From the NCBI GenBank assembly GCA_965233585.1, contig CBDDTI010000747.1:1-64000 (forward strand): a stretch of 64,000 nt of DNA, given 5' to 3'. The position numbers and the translations under genes are program-made. The notes under the pieces are model-generated. The model saw only the letters and a list, made by a program, of their open reading frames with translations. It made no database searches and was not told the origin of the DNA. This document shows positions 59,478-64,000 of this stretch, piece by piece (the first letter of the stretch is position 1; each line of letters begins with the position of its first letter). This stretch comes from a bacterium. GTDB lineage: Bacteria > SAR324 > NAC60-12.

Positions 59478-60701
59478 CTAAACATACCGTAGAGCTTCAG
59501 TGATTTTCATTTGACTGGCTTTAATAGAGGGGTAAATCCCTGCTAAGAAAGCAGTGATGGTACAAAGAATCAATGCTTTAGCTAAGGCACCATATTCCAC
59601 AAAGAAGCTAAGTGGAATCGGACGGTTGGTATTGGGAGGAGGAGGTAACTCAATACGCAACTCACTGATTCCATTGGCGGCAAAGTAACCGATGGCAATG
59701 CCTATAGCCCCCCCAATGAGACCAATGTAGATGGATTCAATTAGAAACAGCAACACCACTCTCAATCTGGTTTCACCCATTGCCCGTAAAGTTCCTATCT
59801 CTGGCACACGTTCCATCACATTCATAGTCATCGTATTGTTGATGAAGAAGATGACGACGATAATGATAATGACCTGTAACACATTGAAAATCGTACCTAG
59901 AAATTGACGGACTTGCCGATAAAAGTCTGCCAGTTCTTGCCAAGTTTTGTACTCTACTTGAAGATTTTGACCTTGAATGGACTGCGTCAAATGACCCAAA
60001 AATTGATCCACTCTGTCTGTTTCATCTAACAAGAAGATCATACGGCTGTATGCCTCTACATCGTACAAGCGGTTGATGTAGTCCAAATTGGCGTACAAAA
60101 TTCTTTCATCAATCTGAGTAATGCCAGTTGTGATAATTCCAACAATGGTGACATCAATCGCATTGACGTAGCCCTCAGCAGTCGTTGCTAACAAGGTGAA
60201 AATATCACCCACGTTGGCTTTCAGATTTTTGGCAAGTCCTGCACCAATATTCACACCATCTATGGTTTCTGAATCAAACAACTCACCATCATCTACTTGA
60301 ATCGCAGAATTGATCAGATTGATATTGTCTGCTTCTGCTCCAACAATGATAGTGGGTAGTGAGTTTTTACCATTAGAAAGCAATCCTGTAATATTGGTTT
60401 GTTTAGAGGCAATGGCAAAGTTTTCATGCTCTTCTGCAATGGCATTGAGAGACTCTACCATTTCTTCTGACATGAGGTATTTTTCAGGTTCAACGCTAGA
60501 AAATTCATCAAACCCTTTTTTATACACTTGTAAATGTCCCAAACCTGTTCTAATGGTTGTTTCTCTCAACCCATCAATCATAAAGGCAAAATAACCTTCA
60601 AACATGACTAATGCGGCTAAACCGAAAGCGATTGCAGAACAGGTTAGAAAAGTGCGTCTCAAGTTACGCGTGACGTTCAATAAAGGAACTTTAAATAACA
60701 T
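59478..60701 (-). CDS. ABC transporter permease (FtsX/LolC/E-like)
   Basis: NVTRNLRRT, GHLQV, NTMTMNVMERVPEIGTLRAMG, YPSIKAS...EALRYV. Confidence 0.92.
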   Translation of the reverse strand: MLFKVPLLNVTRNLRRTFLTCSAIAFGLAALVMFEGYFAFMIDGLRETTIRTGLGHLQVYKKGFDEFSSVEPEKYLMSEEMVESLNAIAEEHENFAIASKQTNITGLLSNGKNSLPTIIVGAEADNINLINSAIQVDDGELFDSETIDGVNIGAGLAKNLKANVGDIFTLLATTAEGYVNAIDVTIVGIITTGITQIDERILYANLDYINRLYDVEAYSRMIFLLDETDRVDQFLGHLTQSIQGQNLQVEYKTWQELADFYRQVRQFLGTIFNVLQVIIIIVVIFFINNTMTMNVMERVPEIGTLRAMGETRLRVVLLFLIESIYIGLIGGAIGIAIGYFAANGISELRIELPPPPNTNRPIPLSFFVEYGALAKALILCTITAFLAGIYPSIKASQMKITEALRYV

Positions 60702-60746
60702 GGCGATTCTCCGTAAAATGAAATGATGATACTAAGGAAAAAGTGA

Positions 60747-61430
60747 TTAAAGTTTCTCTTGCGCTCTTTTGCTCCAAAACCCTGCATCTTGATCCACTGC
60801 TATTTGATAGAAACGTCGAGCCTCATCTTCATCGTCTTTTTCCATGACCAAACCTAGTTCGTATGCACTTTGTGCCGCAAGTTGAGGAATCTCATCCACA
60901 GTGAGTTCATGCACCTTTTTCCAGTCTGCAATGACATGCTTGCGTTTTTTAAAGAGTTTGGGCAATGTTTTGTATGTATTGGCACGAATCAGGAGTACAT
61001 TGATGTCCTCAGGGTTTTTCTTCACCAGTTTATCCAGAGAAATGCTACATTTTCTAACTTGAAGCATTTGCTTGCCTGTTGTGTTCTCAAACAAAGCTCT
61101 TCTGCAAATGCTTGAACCAACAATAGACTTGATGTGTGCATTCTCTGGATTCTTCTTAGAAAGTGCATTTCCAATTTTGATGGTTTCTTCATTGACTTCT
61201 TTAGTTCCCCCTAGCTGGTCAAAAAGGGTCAAACGTAACAGTAAAAACTGTTGTGATTCTTTCAAATTCATTGAATCTCCTTTAGCCTCCAGCTTTTTGA
61301 ACAACTTCTCCATTTTTTCAGGACTGCTTGGTATGGGAATGAGCTCAGCAAATGCCACTTGAAAAGGCAAGGTCAGACCCAACACGCAGATTCCACGCAT
61401 GATTTTTTGATTGATTTTTTGAGAAAACAT
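60747..61430 (-). CDS. Secreted TPR-like protein
   Basis: AGGAG RBS, signal peptide ending AFA, helical body with LDKLVKKNPED...RANTYKTLP. Confidence 0.8.
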   Translation of the reverse strand: MFSQKINQKIMRGICVLGLTLPFQVAFAELIPIPSSPEKMEKLFKKLEAKGDSMNLKESQQFLLLRLTLFDQLGGTKEVNEETIKIGNALSKKNPENAHIKSIVGSSICRRALFENTTGKQMLQVRKCSISLDKLVKKNPEDINVLLIRANTYKTLPKLFKKRKHVIADWKKVHELTVDEIPQLAAQSAYELGLVMEKDDEDEARRFYQIAVDQDAGFWSKRAQEKL

Positions 61431-61450
61431 AATGACTCCTTTTGAATGAT

Positions 61451-61783
61451 TTAAATAAAATTAAAATTGTGTTTGATTCCTTCAGGTTTGAGAAGCGCAT
61501 CGTCTGGGCTTTTTTTAGAAAGAATTTTGCCCATCTTGATACTTTTCTCATCTCCTTCTAACACAATCTGATTGAAAAGAGATAAACGTAGCAGTAAAAG
61601 TTGCTTCGTTTCTTTCAAACTTCTTGAATGTCCTTTGGCTTCCAGCTTTTTTAACAACTTCTCCATTTTTTCAGGATTGCTTGGCGTAGGAGTGGATTCA
61701 GCAAATGCCATTTGAAAGGGTAAGATAAAACCCAAAACGCAAATTCCACACATGATTTTTTGATTGATTTTTTGGGAAAACAT
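61451..61783 (-). pseudogene. Truncated paralog of 60747-61430
   Basis: Same MFSQKINQKIM.GICVLG..LPFQ.AFAE start; similarity ends after about 95 aa. Confidence 0.7.
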
Positions 61784-61806
61784 AACGATTCTTTTTTAAG
61801 TTAAAA

Positions 61807-62490
61807 TTAAGATTGTTTGATTTCTTCCAAAACAGCACCGTCCACCATTTTAATCACCCGACTTGAACTTTGAATAAAAAGGTCATGATGAGATGCGGCA
61901 ATAAAAGTAATCTTTTTTTCAGTAGAAAGTTGCAAAATGATTTGAATGATCTGTTCTGAATTTTTAGAATCCAAGTTAGCCGTCGGTTCGTCTGCAATGA
62001 TCAGTTCTGGAGAACCTGCAAAAGCACGTGCAACAGCGCATCTTTGCCTTTGCCCTCCTGATAACTCATTGGGCTTCATCTTTGTAAAATCCTGCAAACC
62101 AACTTTCTCAATCATCTCCATAGCAATGGCACGTGCTTTGGGATTGCCATTGAGATTGAGTGGATACATCACATTTTCCAAAACTGTTAAGACAGACAGC
62201 AAATTAAAGTTTTGAAAAATAAAACCAATCCTCTCCCTTCGGATTTGTGAAAGTTGACTGTCAGAGATTTCTAAGACAGGATAACCAAAAATGGAAATTT
62301 CTCCATCGGTTGGGACGTCCATGCAACCTATAATGTTTAGAGCAGTAGATTTTCCGCAACCGCTAGGACCAATTAGTGTCACAAACTCTCCTGTATTGAC
62401 CTCTATATCAAAGTGATGTAGTGCCTGATAGTCCAGCTTGCCTACACGATAGTTCTTCTTAATGTTTTTCAACAAAGCGATTTGACTCAT
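61807..62490 (-). CDS. ABC transporter ATPase (LolD/MacB-like)
   Basis: [43 protein letters not shown]. Confidence 0.94.
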   Translation of the reverse strand: MSQIALLKNIKKNYRVGKLDYQALHHFDIEVNTGEFVTLIGPSGCGKSTALNIIGCMDVPTDGEISIFGYPVLEISDSQLSQIRRERIGFIFQNFNLLSVLTVLENVMYPLNLNGNPKARAIAMEMIEKVGLQDFTKMKPNELSGGQRQRCAVARAFAGSPELIIADEPTANLDSKNSEQIIQIILQLSTEKKITFIAASHHDLFIQSSSRVIKMVDGAVLEEIKQS

Positions 62491-62574
62491 TGTTTACCTC
62501 TTTTAAAAGTGAATCTATAACCAAATATTTTTTATCAAGTGCCTTTTTCAATTTTTTGCAACACTGATCAATCG

Positions 62575-62800
62575 TTCAGCAAATAAACGATGTTTAATAC
62601 TTTAATAAATAAAGAAAATGCTGTCAAGTCTTTTTTCAAAGTTTTTTTTGAATAGCCCTGAAATTTGAAAAAGGGACTGATTTCTATCACTCATTACAAG
62701 TTTTTTTTACAAAATTACTCAAAACCATTCAGCAAGTAGATGATGTTCAATACTTTAATAAACAAAGAAAACACTGTCAAGTCTTTTTTACAAGTTTTTT
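62575..62800 (-). promoter_or_regulatory. Two imperfect direct repeats (153-bp offset), each holding a sigma70 promoter
   Basis: TTGACA-N17-TAAAGT at 62627-62599 and again at 62780-62752. Confidence 0.78.
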
Positions 62801-62868
62801 CAGCAAAGAATGAACTCAATGTAAAGCTGGTCTTTGGAATCAATCTGACTTGGGTAGGATATTTCAGC

Positions 62869-62898
62869 TTGACAAAAAATACTTTTGTAGTGTGTAAT
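62869..62898 (+). promoter_or_regulatory. Candidate queH promoter
   Basis: TTGACA-N18-TGTAAT, ending 35 nt before the ATG. Confidence 0.5.
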
Positions 62899-62932
62899 GC
62901 CTAATTTTCAGCTTTCTTAATTTTTTTGAAAT

Positions 62933-63619
62933 ATGAATTCTTACACACTGAATGATTACCAACGTCCTGTTTTACAGGCTCCGGAAGGTGTCAAAAAGAT
63001 TTTACTGCATTCTTGTTGTGCCCCTTGTGCGGGTGAGATTATGCTAGCCCTTGCCTCCTCAAAGATTGAAACCACTTTATTTTTCTACAACCCTAATATC
63101 CACCCCAGAAGTGAATATGAAATCCGTAAAAATGAAAACAAGCGATTTGCTGACAAGCTCCATTTTGAATTTATTGATGCAGATTATGATGTGGATTATT
63201 GGTTTGAGTCTGTCAAGGGACTAGAGTTTGAACCCGAACGTGGCAAACGTTGTACGGCTTGTTTTGATATGCGTTTTGAAAGAACTGCAGAATATGCCAA
63301 GAAGCAAGGTTTCCAAGTGATCTCTAGCACGCTTGGTCTTTCCAGATGGAAGGATATGGAGCAAATCAATCAAAGTGGCGTGAGGTCGGCTCGTAAGCAC
63401 GATGTGGAATATTGGACGTTCAACTGGCGCAAAAAAGGTGGTTCTCAACGCATGATTGAGCTTTCAAAAACAGAACAATTTTATAAGCAAGAATATTGCG
63501 GCTGCGTTTATAGTCTTCGTGACACCAATCAATGGAGACTGCAAAACAACCGACCTAAAATTAAGCGAGGTCAAGAGTTTTACCAACATAGCTCAGACAT
63601 CACAGCGTCAGGTAATTGA
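62933..63619 (+). CDS. queH: Epoxyqueuosine reductase QueH
   Basis: [35 protein letters not shown]. Confidence 0.94.
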   Translation: MNSYTLNDYQRPVLQAPEGVKKILLHSCCAPCAGEIMLALASSKIETTLFFYNPNIHPRSEYEIRKNENKRFADKLHFEFIDADYDVDYWFESVKGLEFEPERGKRCTACFDMRFERTAEYAKKQGFQVISSTLGLSRWKDMEQINQSGVRSARKHDVEYWTFNWRKKGGSQRMIELSKTEQFYKQEYCGCVYSLRDTNQWRLQNNRPKIKRGQEFYQHSSDITASGN

Positions 63620-64000
63620 TGTTGAACGTCAGGCTCACTTTCCAATAAACTCTGCATTCCTTCCTCTAATGTGTGATTGATGAAGTGGTGTCTATGCACC
63701 CCTTGGGCAAGTAAGAGTGTGTCAAAGCCTGCTGTCTTGCCTCCTACAATGTCATGGTGCATGGAATCCCCAACTGCTAGTATTTTTTGGACAGATGGCT
63801 TCAGCAGGGATTTGATATGGTCATAAACCAGCTGATGAGGTTTGCCATAGTACGAGCATTGACCTCCCAAACTTTCATAGTATTTTGCCCAATAACCGGG
63901 GGCGTGAATGTTTTGCCGACCTTGCTGAATTGCAGAAAGGTCAGGATTTGAACAAATCAAATAAAGATTTTTTTGAATGGCTTCATCAAGCAATGCCTTC
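63580..64000 (-). CDS. HAD-superfamily subfamily IIA hydrolase (5' end outside window)
   Basis: [26 protein letters not shown] motifs. Confidence 0.85.
   Translation of the reverse strand, partial: KALLDEAIQKNLYLICSNPDLSAIQQGRQNIHAPGYWAKYYESLGGQCSYYGKPHQLVYDHIKSLLKPSVQKILAVGDSMHHDIVGGKTAGFDTLLLAQGVHRHHFINHTLEEGMQSLLESEPDVQHQLPDAVMSELCW

Overview
AT-rich chromosomal segment from a diderm bacterium. The gene content (PurD-PurE and SecD-SecF fusions, zinc-ribbon/DUF3426 protein, long PstC/PstA) tentatively suggests a deltaproteobacterial or SAR324-like lineage; this is inference only. Most of the window is housekeeping: ccmB, purN, purDE, sppA, fdx/iscA/bolA, gyrA, pstCAB, tyrA, secDF-yajC, prepilin peptidase, larC, secA, mdh, queH. 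Four accessory zones stand out. (1) 1-4.1 kb: a type III restriction-modification operon (mod, DUF3644-like gene, res) broken up by three IS1-family copies, with short palindromic elements read in frame inside the mod and res remnants. It is followed by an unusual CmoA + Pif1-helicase fusion. (2) 16.8-23.9 kb, the best candidate for an undescribed system: an Rpn nuclease gene flanked by a 27-bp direct repeat, next to five tandem, mosaic paralogs made of a variable-length coiled coil plus a PD-(D/E)XK domain. The paralogs are separated by stacked, co-varying RNA hairpin repeats. (3) 23.9-28.7 kb: a 1503-aa surface lipoprotein whose candidate promoter has a 12-nt homopolymer in the spacer, plus a structured leader. 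(4) 55.4-62.8 kb: a LolCDE/LolA-like ABC + beta-barrel operon with related TPR proteins and a winged-helix regulator, behind two duplicated promoter/operator units. No rRNA, tRNA or CRISPR array was recognised. Family names come from motif recognition, not database searches.
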